From assembly GCA_028534125.1 (NCBI GenBank), contig CM052832.1, forward strand, positions 12,464,001-12,528,000: a DNA stretch of 64,000 nt, written 5' to 3'. The position numbers and the translations under genes were made by a program. Position 1 is the stretch's first letter. Each line of letters opens with the position of its first letter. Positions 1 through 13,645 of this stretch are shown here, in pieces. Source of the stretch: Lama glama. Taxonomy: Eukaryota. The notes under the pieces are model-generated. The model saw only the letters and a list, made by a program, of their open reading frames with translations, did no database searches and was not told where the DNA came from.

Positions 1-681
1 ATAAGCACCAGTGTTTTAGACAATGAAAGGCTCCAAGATATCTTCCAATCAAATATTCTATGATCATCATTTCCCAATACCACATGATTAATGGGGATTC
101 AACACTTCCAGACTTCCTAAAAACAGTGTTACAAAACATTTATTATTTACACTGGGTAACTGAATGAGCATAGAAGAAATGAACAATCTATAGCTTTCAG
201 CTGCCATTAGAAGTCTAGAATCTGTGTTAAAAGTATTTTTAAGAGAGACTTTTCCTGACACTAATCTGTGCTTCAAACATGGAGATTAACAGCTACTGCA
301 TCTTGTACCATATGAGCCAAAGAAAACACCACTGTCACTTTATGCAAAGCTGGTAAATCCAGTGATTTCTGAGGATGTTAAATATTTTCAAAGTTATCTA
401 TCTTAGCCTTGTTAGTTCAGCTACAGGTTAGAACAGTTAAGGAGAGGGCAGCAGCAGATTTAAGCCTTAACTGTCTTCATTCAGAAAATTGTTCAAACTT
501 AAAATACTATCAGCCTGGGTGTTAATCTTCAAAAATGGAGTGTGGGGCCTTTAATAATATTATTATAATGACTTTCTCTTAAAATCATCAGTAAAAAAAA
601 TTTTTTTTAAATCAGTAGGGCTTGAAACCTTTCATAGGACAGAGTTTAAAATGTGTAGGTTTAGTTTAACTTATCTTTTCC

Positions 682-1672
682 CTTTTTTTAATTGAAGTAT
701 AGTTGTTTTATAAGTTGTATTAGTTTCTAGTGTACAGCATGGTGACTCAGTTACACAAAGATATATACATATATATGTATATATACATACACACATATTC
801 CTTTTCATATTCTTTTTCATTACAGGTTATTACAAGCCACTGAATATAGCTCCTTGTGCTATACGGAGGACCTTGTTGTTTATCCATTCTATACACAGTA
901 GTTTGTATCTGCCAGTCCCAAACTCTCAATTTATCCCTCCCTCCCTTCTTCCCCCACTGATAGCCATAAGAAGTTTGTTTTCTGTGTCTGTGAGTCTCTT
1001 TCTGTGTTGTAGTTAAGTTCGTGTCATTTTTTCAGATTCCACATGTAAGTGGTATCATATTTCTCTTTCTCTGATTTCACTTTGATAATCTCTAGGTCCA
1101 TCCATGTTGCTGCCAATGACATGATTTCATTCTTTCTTATGGCTGAGTAGTATTCCATTATATGTATACATACATGCATACACATAAACACATGCACACA
1201 CACTACATTTTCTTTATCCATTCACCTGTTGATGAACATTTAGGCTGCTTCCATGTCTTGGCTATTGTAAAAACGGCTGCTATGAACACTGTGGTGTACA
1301 TATCTTTTCGAATTGGTTTTCTCCAGATATATGCCCAGGAGTGGGATTGCTGGATGATACAGTAACTCTATTTTTAGTTTTTTAAGGAACCACCATACTG
1401 TTCTCCATGATGGCTGCACCAATTTACATTCCCACCAACAGTGTAGGAGTTCTCTTTTCTCTATATCCTCTCCAGCATTTATTATTTGTAGACTTTTTGA
1501 TGATGGCCACTCTGACTGGAGTAAGATGATACCTCATTGTGGTTCTGATTTGCATTTCTCAAATAATTACTGATGTTAAGTATTTTTTCATGTGCCTGTT
1601 GACCATCCAGATGTCTTCTTCGGAGAAATGTTTAGATCTTCTGCCCATTTTTTGATTGGGTTGTTTGTTTAG
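682..1672 (-). mobile_element. LINE-1 3' fragment (ORF2 C-terminus + 3' UTR)
   Basis: Minus-strand peptides WWFLKKLKIELLYHPAIPLLGIY and EYYSAIRKNEIMSLAATWMDLE are L1 ORF2 end/3' region. Poly-T at the left end. Confidence 0.9.
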
Positions 1673-4582
1673 TTTAGCTGGTTTAGTTTAGTCTAATTAA
1701 ACTAGCTTCCTCTAGTACAGAACTCGTATTTTCAGAAACAATTTTTTTTCAACAGGGTATACCTACGTACTTTTTAATTGAATTATTCCATAGAAATGTA
1801 TTCCTCTTGTTCTCTCTTACTTATATGTTAATAAATGTTCAAATGTTGTCTAAACCCATTACCAAGTCTTTATATATATAACTTTCCCCTTGTCTACATT
1901 TCAATGCTTTTGATAAAGTCCTGTTTCTTCCTTCAAAATAAATCCTATGGAAATCAGAAAAAACATAAGCAACTTCATGCTTTCTTTGTGCCAATGCTGA
2001 ATTCTAGAATTTATCTGATATATCAGCTAAAAACAGAACTGTTATTTTTAGTGTAGATACAAATACAATACTTGAATTAAATTATGAGGGGTCTCCCTAT
2101 GGAGTGAATTAGTCAACTGTCAATCTATAAAGATCTATTCAAAGACACTTGTGCTTTAAATATTTTATGAAAGTGCTGCTAAAATCCCAAATAGTCGTAA
2201 GTCACTGATAGCTCAGAATTCTATTATCATCTAAAAATAACATCCACACTCTGGAAAAATCTTTCCTCATAGTTTTCAAGTATCTTTTGGGGAAGGGGGT
2301 CTCCACTACATTGAAAACTCGACTTACTATATTAGAAAAATAAAAAGGTTAACACAGCTACAGTTTTATACACCCTCACCTTCCTAAACATAAATAGTTC
2401 AAAATTTAGAAACTGCACCAGAATTTAGTCTGCAGAAATTTATAAAGAATTTTGCTAACATGCCTTGATCATAAAGAAAAAAAGAGATTTGAAATGACAA
2501 ACTTAAATGTATTTAGTCCATGAGGAAATTTGTAAAATTGTATTTTATGGAGGTAAATATTTACCTTTCTTTCCCCCAAAAAAGTGCCAATCTTTAGTAA
2601 TGGCTCTTCTTTGTGAGTCAAAGAGTTAAAACCATCTCTTTTACTCTCAAATGAGTGTCAGTCCCACTCAGAGGTGCCATGTTTTATTTAAAACATACTC
2701 TTTCTCAGTAACCACTTTGTTCTAATTGGCAAGGCAAAGCCAGGTCCCTAAAGCACATAGCTCGTTATATTCAGTTTGGATTACAAAAACACACAATGAA
2801 ACAAACTGCATCAAAATGTACAAATTAACGGTGCAGGAGTATGGGACAGGGAGGTGGAATTAGATTGTAACACGGAACAAAATCCACAGGGAGGCTGGGG
2901 AACAAATCACTAGTGTCTCTATAAACTATACAAGGTTTCCAAATGAGCAAATACACAAGGCAGAGGACAGGCTTTTCCATAACTCAACCAAATTGCTTAA
3001 ATATGGATACAGCAAAGCAAGACTTTTTTCCAACACTATTATGCTCACATGTATGAAAGAATGGTAATACCAGCAAGAAGGTTTAACAAATGAAACCTGC
3101 AGGTTGCACTATCTAAATATGAAACTCATCTTTGCCTTCACATTGACAATGTGCAAAACAGCCCTGCAATTAAATCACACCTCCAAACATTTTTTTAAAA
3201 AAATCTTCTGAGAAGCAAAACACAGGAGACTAAATTAGTACAGAGAATGCAGTGCAGAGAATAAGGTTAATGAGCTAAAACTTTCATGAACAAGAACAAG
3301 AAAGATATTAATAAAGATCTCACCACCAAAATAGAAAATGTGTTAGGCAAAAACACTACCCCACACACACACATGCACACCTTTCCCCAAATTAACCATT
3401 CTGTGAAGCTTCCAGAATGTTTCTTTGATTTTCCCTTGAGATCTAAAGACAAACTGCAAATGAACTAAAAGAAAAGAGAACAGGAAAAGTATGTAACCCT
3501 AATCTACATACAAAGGCAAAACCATGCCACTGCTACATCCTCGGAATCCCATCTACACCAGCTACCTACACTCCTGACAATATCGAACAGCGGGAGGAGA
3601 TTGAGATTAGTGTCTAAACAACTAAAGTCAAATTCAAGTTCTCTGCTTTAAAATTTATTTAATCTTGGGAACATTACATAATCCATCTGAGGTGCAGTTT
3701 CTTTATCTTATAACATGGAGATACAAAATCATCAAAGTTGTAAGGTTCAAATGGGATAATATTGTGCAAAATGGCCTTATAATACATGAGGGCTGCAGAA
3801 ATCTTAGTTATAACTATTGCAATTACTTCATCTCAAGATTTTATTGTCTTCTTAGAAAGAGAATTGTGCATGCCCTTCCTCCATCTTATTTCACAAACAG
3901 TAATTCTTGTTCCACTTCTATTTTGAGTATCCTTTTTTGGCATTCCCTTTTAAAAATTATGTACCGCTTTTATTTTTCTCCAAACCAGAAGTGTTAGGTT
4001 AAGGTATTTTCTTCTTCTCTATATCAAGTATTTAGTCTAAAAGTAAATAAAGAAATTTAAACCTTTAGTAATAGTTAAGACTGTTAACGTACAGTTAGTG
4101 CTACACCTTACACAATAAGAACCACCTGAGCAGTGGGGCTTTTAAATGATATAAAGTTCTGTATCATTAAAGATCATATTTTAGTTATACATTAATGGCC
4201 TGAAAATAATGCCCTATTATTTTTCCCTCCATTCCTTCTATGGACTAAGAATTAAATGTAAGGAGTTATAACCAAGAAAAGCATCAATAAGCAACCTCAT
4301 CATGACCGTCTAATTCAAGCACAAAGAAAACAGCCAGATTAAGAACCACTCTAAGTACCTGTCGCATGGTGGAGTCAAGACCACTGAGGCACAAAAGAAG
4401 TCTCATGGTGCTTTCCTGAGTCTACCCGAGAGTTATCCTTTCTCTCACCAAACCTAAAAAGTAGCCCATAAACCTAAGGGATCATTCTGATTTTATTTGC
4501 ATTAGTCTATTGAGAACATGAAACATTAGCATTTAACTCATGTCAGAGGGTTAACCACATCTAACCCAAGCAGGTCTCAGAA

Positions 4583-5285
4583 CTAGAGGTCTCCAAGCCT
4601 CTTTCACAGAGATGCAACATCAGCACGAAATTTTTAAAACAAAAAAACCCTTACATGTCTTTTGGTTTTAAAAATAGTTACATACTCCTGCAGTGGATTA
4701 AATGGTGCATGCCCTCACAACCCACCAAAAAAAAAAGCCCACTTGGAACCCGTGAATGCAATCTTATTTGGAAAAAAGGATCTTTGCAAATATAATTAAG
4801 GTTTTGAGATAAGATCACCTTACACAAGGGTGAGCCCTAAATTCAGTGACACTTGTTCTTAGAAAAGACAGACACACATAGGAGAGAAAGCCATGCAACA
4901 ATGAACAAAGAAACTAATGTGTCTACAAGCCAAGGAAGGCTAAGGATTGCTGGCAGAACCAGAAGCTAGAAGAGGCATGCAATAGATTCTCTCTCAGAGC
5001 CTCCAGAGGACCCAAACCTGCTTGCTAACATCTTAACATCTTGATGTCATACTTCTGGCCTCAAGAACACTGAGAGAATAAACTTCTGTTGTTTTAAGCC
5101 AACAAATTTGTGGTAACTTGTTACAGCAACTCTAGAAAGCTAATACCAATAAGATAATGTACATTATAAAATTCAACGATTTTTAAAGAATGATAAAAAA
5201 TAAATATAAGTAGAAATTCTAATATTTGTTCTTTATGCCTCAATGGACAATCCCATGTGCCATTACAGAGATCACAGCTTTAGAC
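4583..5285 (-). mobile_element. hAT-Charlie (Charlie4z-like) relic interrupted by an MLT1 LTR
   Basis: GAGGTCTCCAAG end at ~4585 and AAATAAATATAAGTAGAAATTCTAATATTT..CAATGGA at ~5200-5250 resemble the recalled Charlie4 consensus. Confidence 0.55.
4689..5147 (+). mobile_element. MaLR solo LTR (MLT1A-D type)
   Basis: TG start, GTGAATG..TTATTTGGAAA..CTTTGCA, AGAATAAACTTCTGTTGTTTTAAGCCA..TTTGTGGTAACTTGTTACAGCA..CTAATAC end. Confidence 0.85.
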
Positions 5286-8200
5286 CAGAAATAAAGCCAA
5301 ATGACAAAGCCAAACTAATCTTAAAAGACTCAATGACTTCCATTTTACCTAAAAGAATGACACATGGTCACAATTTTTCTACTTAATGCCTAAAAGAAGC
5401 TGCCTTTTTGCTACTTATAGCACTGAGCATTTTGTTTCCCATTAGAAATGCAACAACTATTTTTGACATAATTTCCATAACAACATCATCTTCAACACAC
5501 TGCTTCATTTATCTTGACTAGCATGATAATTAACCACACAATTTAAAAATGCTTATTAGTAAGATAGCAAACTGCTACAGACTAAGAGGTTAGAAAGGGT
5601 TGCCAGAGTTCAGCTTCCCTAATCAGTTAAGGACCTGCTGCCTATGACTTGCTTTCATTTGAGACCAAGGAAGCTACACCACAAAGAATAGGGTTTCTAA
5701 TATAGAAAGTCTTAACATATTTAAGCAAATGTTAAGCAAACATGAGGTTACAACTGTAGTTTTTTTTTAAGCAGCTGAAAACTACTTATATGTTGTCTAT
5801 TAACAGGGGACTAAATAAATTGAGGTACAGCATGAGGGGGACCTCTAATTTATCAACCAAACTGGGACACTCTGAGAAATACAAAGGGATATCATTAATT
5901 TCACTGGCACAAAAAGCATAAGACTCTTCTGATAAATTAATACATTAGCTATAATAGAATATTATAATAGTTAAAATAAATTAGAGCAATGTGTGTCAAC
6001 ATGACTGGTTTCTAAAAGCATTATTTAAAAAAAATACAAGCTGTAGAATGAATAGTGTAACCTACTACTTACACACAACAAAAACAGAATCAAACAGTGT
6101 CTATAAATACCCATTCATAATAAAAAGTATAAATATAATGATAAGAAGGATAATTATCTCTGAGGCAGAAACAGGATGACTGGGGTAAAAGAAAACTATC
6201 AATGAGATTTTAGTTCCCTCTTAAAACTGTTATAAAGCAAAGGGGGAAAAAAGATAAAATGCTAGTATTTGTTAATTCTGGATTCGCTTGTGGACATTTA
6301 TTGTATTACTCTCTATAATATTCTGAATTTCAGACACCCACACCAGATACCCACCAATGGACACATAACGGTTGAGAGAATGTGATGAGCTAAACTGCCC
6401 CTTTTTAACAAATAGATGACAATGTAATGTGCACATCATACTTGAATAATCTGTCTTGGACTTTTGGCTTTAAAGAAATCAAGGATACAACAGTAATCAA
6501 GTTAACAGAATTACAAAGACAGAAATACCCTATTCAAATGTTTCCTTTTTTTTCTTTCCTTTTTTAAATGCGTTTTTTCTTTCCTTTTTCAGTTTTATTA
6601 GTCAAATGCTTCATTTTAAGAGCAGCAGCTGCCTTTCTTCTGAGAAAAGACAACTTGAAAAATCAAGGCATGACAAGCACATACAGATGCTACTGTACTA
6701 CCCAAACCTCACCATGCTATAAAATGACTCATCTGAGTAGGTGTTTCATCTTACATTGTTTTACTGATGGGTACAGGGTTTCCATAATTTCTAAAAGGAA
6801 ACAATGCATTACAAGAAGTGCTTAAAATTTGGGGATTCACTCTGTTCCTCTTACTGCAGATCTTCAAAATTCAGCTGTAATTGACAATTCTTTCCTTTCA
6901 AAAGTGACTAGAATCAGGCCACTTCTACTCTGAACTTCTAATAGGAAATGGAAGCAGAAAAGAAATTAGAGTGTAACTCCAAAGCAGTAAGAGGTTTAGG
7001 TTCATGAGGAAATATTTTAACTTACTTGCTATGAAATAGGAATGTTACCCTGTTCTGAAAATAACTATGAAACTCAAGTCACATCGAGGAAAAATATTTA
7101 CATTTGGTTTAACTACCATTCCATCCTACGCCCAGCACTGCTGTATCACTTACCTTGAATGTCAACACTGAGATCCCCTATGCTGCAAGCTACAGACAAC
7201 TTTATTTTGCTCATTCCAGAAAGAAACTAACCACTTCTGGAGTCCATCAGACATAAGCAGAATGCACTCTACTTTTTAAAATGAACTTTTACTTTTTTGG
7301 TGGTTTTACTGGTGTATACAGTATCTGTCAAAATTCATCAAAGTGTATATCTGGAGTATGTGTAGTTTACTGTATAGGAACCATACCACAATAAAGGTGT
7401 TGAAAATTTAGTATTTTTTACAACTATGTTAATGATAAAAGTCTCAATATAAAGAAAATCCAAATTAATTAAAATCCCCCACTGAATACTCCTATTCTGA
7501 GACTACCCAAATTAATTTTTCATATACCTTATCCAGCTTTATCCCATGAAAGTATATACATGTAAATTATGTGTAGTCTAACTAAAAACACTAGACTACA
7601 CGTACTGCTTTGTAGTCTTCTTCATCAGCATTTAATGTCCCTGTGATATTTTTAAAAGGGGGGGGGTCCCAAACAAGCATTTTGAGTTTATATAGAAAAT
7701 TAGACAGCAATGAACAAGCTTCATAATTTTCAGACTGGATACAGAGTATGCAGCAATGAGGAAAATGAAACCTTGCTTTAATACTGGATATTTCTATCTC
7801 TCATTTTAAAATTAAAATAATAACTATATGGCAGTATCAAGAAATAGTCAAAGTGAAAATGAAATTACTATATAGAATTAACAATTTTCTCACCATTGAC
7901 AAAGGCTGGTAACAGAAATCTATCAATTTATAACAATATTTTCTCCAATGTTAAATATCAGAAACCAGCATCTAAGGTCACTCATTTGAATGGGTACTTC
8001 GAAATAGATTCCTACAAAACCAAGTACACAGTTAGCTCTAGAGTCACACTAGAATATGCTTCCTACATGTATCATTTTTTTATTTACTGCAATATTCTTC
8101 ACCAATGAGGTATAAGACACAACTAACCATGAAATAAAGGTAAGCCTGCTTAAACTATCTTTCCACTAAGAAACATATTTGAAAAGCTACACTGAAATTA

Positions 8201-8387
8201 ACTTTCAGAAAATTAATCATTAGCTTATAGTTTAAGAGATACTTTATCCACATTTTTAATTAATCTTCAACTGACAAGAGATCCCGTAACACTTTAGTTC
8301 TTGTGGTCTTACCCCTTTCTGTAAATCAACATAGTAATGCACTAAAAGTATTCCTTTTTTAAAGGAACTATTCTGTAAAAGATGAAC

Positions 8388-8434
8388 GAAGGGAAGGGAA
8401 GAGGAGGGGAGGGGAGGGGAGGGAAGGGAAGGAA
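8388..8434 (+). repeat. Polypurine (GGGAA/GGGGA)n tract
   Basis: GAAGGGAAGGGAAGAGGAGGGGAGGGGAGGGGAGGGAAGGGAAGGAA seen directly. Confidence 0.9.
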
Positions 8435-9399
8435 CTTTTTGTACTGTGAATAATCATCTCTCCTTTATTTTTCCAATTTTATGTGAGTCCTGGAATAGCA
8501 AGTTTCTTAAAAGTTAACAATATGTTCAGATCATGTCTACAGTTGAAAAGAAATTGCTCACTTTCTCAATGAAGTACTTTTGTCAGTCTATAAATAACAG
8601 ACATTTCAGTGTCCATTTTTAAAAGAAATCATTGAAAATTATTAAAATATCACATTTAGTCTAAAAGTTCACAGGATCAACTTGGTTCTTCTTATACTGA
8701 GCAACTGTCATCAGTGCTACTCAAAGAATCTTTGGGACATCTTCAGGCTCACTCCCTTACAACATATAAAATGGTCTATGGATTATACCTACTTACTGGT
8801 TACCACACTCCTCTGCTGCCCACAGCAAGCATTTCCAGAGATAATGCCACTAGATGGAGGAGTTACTTTAGTCAGTTCTTTAAAAATTTCTGCCTTCCCC
8901 AACTGTGATCATCCCATTTGGTGTTTCTGTTACACATACTTTCATTTAGCAAACCCATTCTGTGAAAAGCACTGCTTTAATGATAGCTGGGCTTAAATAT
9001 GGTAGTACGAGAAGTCTTTGTGAATGTGATACTAATGTCCCTAAATATCACACCAGTTGGTATCTAAAACTCATAAACTCCCAAAATGGTTTTCACTCAA
9101 ACAGAACACAGTACCGGAGGCACTGCTACCTTCGTAAAGAGGCAGGACTACCCTTTAGATGCTATGCCTGACTTTTCACATATCTTTCATCACAGCAGTA
9201 CACAATTGGATTTAGTTCATGCTTTCACAGAAAAAAATCATATAATCCAAATTAGTCAAGAGCTCAGAACAAACAAAAATCACAGGAAATCAGATGGTTA
9301 ACATCTTACCTAAAGACAGAAAGGAAATGTGCCCTATCTTGCAAAGAAAATGAAATCTGAAGTAACTCAATGACTTTCCAATGAATTTCTGCAATTCCG

Positions 9400-9640
9400 T
9401 GATTTTAAACTTTTCAAACCATACCCCACACAGTAATATGTATTTACATCACAGACCATTACATGTCATTTTCATTTATATATGTAACTAAAACAAAGGT
9501 TTCACAGACAATACTTACCCTTAATATTTGTGATGCGCTGATTTTCTAATGTTCTCAATTTTTAAATGCTAATCATGCCCCCCCAAATTGATTTCTCTAG
9601 CCACTAGTGAATCACAACACCCACGATTTGAAAAACTGCA
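9400..9640. mobile_element. Probable non-autonomous hAT DNA transposon relic
   Basis: Ends resemble Charlie-type TIRs (..TTTTAAACTTTT.. / ..TTTGAAAAACTGCA). Family not resolved. Confidence 0.4.
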
Positions 9641-11661
9641 TTAAAAAGTAATGTTTCAACCAATAAGTGTTTATATCACCATAAGTACCATTGCTTTCTA
9701 TTATAGATATTTACTGATTCTTTTAGTAAAGTCATACAAAAAACAGTATGAAAATGTTTAATGAAAGAAAAGGATAGTATGACCAGTAGAATATTACAAA
9801 GGGAATAGAAAAGCCAAGACTAGACCAATAAAAAGATCATCAAATAGCTTTAAAAACTGGAAAGATCTGTGACAAGACCAATCAATTACTTATGTTCAGG
9901 GGTGCATAAGCACCATCTTTTTCAACAGTGTAGACACTCTTTCCATAGCTTTAAGTAAACTGCATATCTGTTAAGCAAAGTCCTTTATTTAGAAATAATA
10001 TTCTAAAAATTAACACTCTCAACTGGGAAGGATAATATATCAACTCAAAAGCAGGATAAACCCTACCCAAACTGCAGGTATTTCTGGCTCCTGCTCACAG
10101 AACAGTCTCAGCCTTAAGAAAGATACCCAAATTTCCAAACAAATGTACAGAATTGTGACGTGAGGAAGGAAAATACAGAACATGCCAAAGGAAGATTGAT
10201 GGATAAGGTAGAAACCTAGCAAAGGAATAGAAAAAAATGTAGTATGGTAAAATTAACTTTTGCTTGTTTTTGTTTTAGACTGGAGAATAACTTCAGATAA
10301 AGAGAAGCCAATAGAGCATTTTAAATCCACTGTACCTCAAATCATAATACCAGAGTCAATCATTTATTGGTGCTTCCCCAGAGTACTTCCTTTCAATGTC
10401 CTAGTGATTCTGGCATAGAAAATCTTAGATAATAGGGGTCTTCAGGTCAAAGGTACTGTAAGGCTAAAATATTACACATTCGGGGTGGGGGAGACCTCCT
10501 AACGGCCTTAAATTATCTCAGCCAGGCCAAAGCAGGGTTCAAGGTGAGAACTGTCAAAAATTAAAAATAAAAATAACACTTTCCTATTTCAAAGAGAGAG
10601 ATTTTGGTTGAGCTGCAAGCTTAGGAATAACAAATCTGACCATGTTAGACATTCTTTTACATACATCCAAATGGCTGACAGACATTTCTTATTCTAACAA
10701 TTCAGAGAAACACCTCGTATATAATTTACCAGCACTAATGGTTTCAATGGTTCTTAAGTAACGGTTACTTTCCATATACTCATCTCCTTTCCCATCTTAT
10801 TCCTTCTTCTGACCTCAAACAGCCCAAGAATCTTTCATAAAGAAAAGAGAAAATACCTGAAGTGACATCAGTTGATGAGGGTAGGTACTCACTTTAAATA
10901 GAGTATTTCATTACAGAAACAGTTGACAAAACTAACTTTAAACTAGCAACCACAGTTCCTAACCTAGTACCCTACTATCTATCTCAGCAAGATTTTAAAC
11001 ATGTTTTTACTCATTTCATTCAGTTTTATGTAAACAAGTTATAACAAACTTACATTTCCACCACACAGTTTTGAAAAGGAATCCTGAAAAATCTCTTTAA
11101 CTAACCTAATGGTACACAATAGCTATTTTTAAAGTAGTTTTTCCATCTTTTAAAGAACTGTGTACACTTTATGAAACACTTTAAAAGACTATTTAAAACC
11201 ACAGTGGCTTTGGCCAAAGCAATCATGTTGTCCTGTATATCTCAAGCCTCTGCTGCAATAATGCATTTCCATATGCTCCCTATCTTCATACAGAAACAAA
11301 AGTCACAAATGTATCTTTAAAGTTCAATGGTCTTTCTTTCCAATTTCAAAAAGAACACCAAATGCTGCTTGAGCAAGCAAGCTATTATTTACTAGTCATT
11401 CCTTTCAACTGATGTTGGGGAAATCAGGGGTGTAGGGGTAAAGATAAAGAAAAGAGAGTATTTTCCTTATAAGCTTGAAAATATCCTCTTAATATTTTCA
11501 AAAGTAAAAATGACAAAGCTGTGTAGATACAGACCACCAGAGATACAATAAATAATGATGGCCATAGAAAATAAAACTGCAAGAAGTCCAAAGAAACACA
11601 AAGACCATGGCTGAACTGTCTCCATGGATAGTTTTTTAAACTTTATATTTATTTAGGGACA

Positions 11662-12551
11662 TGAGACAGTTCTTTGAATATTCTATGTGAGCTACCCGAC
11701 TCAAAGGTGCCTGGTTTCTCCCAAAGCCACACTTTACTGAATTATAAGGGGCACCTAGCTCTATGCTGAGATGATATTAACCAGGACCCTGTGCTCCTCC
11801 TCCAAACCCCTGCCTCTTGTTTACAGAAAAGCTGAAGTCTCCCCATCCTCCCTGAGTCATAAACAAGCAAGCTTAAGCAGCTAATGATTGGGGCAATGGA
11901 GTCACAGACCCACTCTCTCATTCCTAAGTTGTTTTATGACCAGACCACTTTCTTAGCCTCCCCTTCAGTAACTGTTACGAAGGCAGTTGCCCCCAGGATC
12001 ATACCCCTGGCCCCTCCATCGCAGAGAAACCAATTACTCTTGTCTAAGTCTCAGGAGGCAGTTGCAAAGAGAAGAAACAAGAACTGGTTAGAACCAACTA
12101 AGCCCAAGGTGGTGGCGGGGATGGGGTGGGGTGGGGTGGTAGTTTCCAGTGGACCTAGAGCCTTATTATAAGCTCGCTGTAATGTATCAGCATGCTAAAT
12201 GACACATCCACCAGTGCCATGACAGCTGACAACTGCCATGACAACAACCAGAAAAGCCTATACAAGGACTGAAAGGCGCACATAAGAACTGATTGGCACT
12301 GTCACACTAGGACATGATGGCAGAAACATCCCATAAAAGTCCACATAGCCCATCCCAGACAGAGCTGTCTCAACCAGCCATCTTGGCTGATGGCTCCCCA
12401 CTCTTTCCTTTTCCTCTTCTGAGCAATAAAGCAGCTGTTCACTTTGTCCCTCTGCCTCAGCTGCAAATTCTTTCGCAGCCAGGCAGCGAGGCCCCACCAC
12501 AGTGGGCCTCCTAATTTAGGGGTCCCTCTAACCACTGACAGAGACAGATAC
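11662..12551 (+). mobile_element. ERV solo LTR (ERV1-like)
   Basis: Locally higher GC, TG...CA ends, TATA-like CCCATAAAA (~12331), AATAAA (12425) followed by U5-like TGCAAATTCTTTCGCAGCCAGGCAGCGAGG. Confidence 0.7.
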
Positions 12552-12927
12552 ACAGTTTAACACACAGTTTCCCTCACTGCTACTTCATCTTTACTATAAA
12601 TATAAATAAACTCCATCAGTGAAGCAGCATTTCTTCGTATCTGTAATTGTAGGTATGTAGAGTAAGAAAAGCAGAATACATTCACTTAACATGGCAGAGA
12701 TACTGTTAAAAGTTGGATAAAAAACAAATTTACCAGTATTTTTTTCCTTTTAAAAACCTAAAGTATTTAACAAATTCCAAACTTTTAACAGATACAAACT
12801 GCCAACTTCCCCAACCTTCCCAAATCCATCCCATCTATCCCCTAGTTTAGGCATAAACATGAAGGTCTAAAGCTTACACAATGATTATTTGCTTGTCCAC
12901 ATAGCATAATGAATAGAAGATAAAAAC

Positions 12928-13645
12928 TGATAAAGATTTTCTCCTTGACCAAATTCTAGCAAGGCTCCTCTGAGCCCTCTTCTCAACTAGACTTCAACCT
13001 TGACCTATAAAAACCCTGACTCTCAACACAAATGACTTCGTACACTCATGTCCACCTACATTAAAAGATTTAAACAAATACTAACACACTTTTTAACAGT
13101 TCAAGGCCCCGTCTCTAGAATGACCTCTAGCCCCTCTTACAGTGCTTGTCTAAGAAAGCTCAAAGTTGCCAAAAGAGTTGGTTTGTTCTAGCCAACCCCT
13201 GACTATAGACCCCTGACCACTTTATCGTAGTGCATTTACTAAAAAGGGTTTAAAATTGTGAATCCTTCCTTTGAGATGTAAATGTATCTCATGTAACTCA
13301 GTTACTCAGGATTGTTTTTCTCAAGGATATGAAAGCCATTCCTTTAAGACGTAATCATCAGGAAGGACAGGCCTCAGTCTCTGCAGCAGGATAAAATCCT
13401 AACTTCAATAACTCAACTAATAGACACAGTCAGCCTAATCATCATTTACTGTGACCAACCATTTGTAATTTTTCTATTTTCCTGACTATAATGACCAAGC
13501 TAGCAACCCCTCTCTACTCCCTCATTCTCCCTTTAAAATGCCCAGTCTTCTCTGCACAAGTCCCCTCTTCCCTACCTGCAGCAGTGAATTACTAATTAAA
13601 ATCTGACTTTACCACTTTAACTTGTGTCCAGATTTATCTTTGACA
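12928..13645 (+). mobile_element. ERV1 solo LTR (MER31/MER67-like)
   Basis: Starts TGATAAAGATTTTCTCCTTGACCAAATTCTAG..GGCTCCTCTGAGCCCTCTTCTCAACTAG and ends TTATCTTTGACA (short inverted termini), as in the recalled MER31 group. Confidence 0.8.

Noticed and set aside
1024..1422. ORFs with reverse-transcriptase-element-like peptides (also 25880-26065 and 27519-27716)
   Set aside because: Broken fragments of L1 ORF2 ends and 3' regions, not functional genes.
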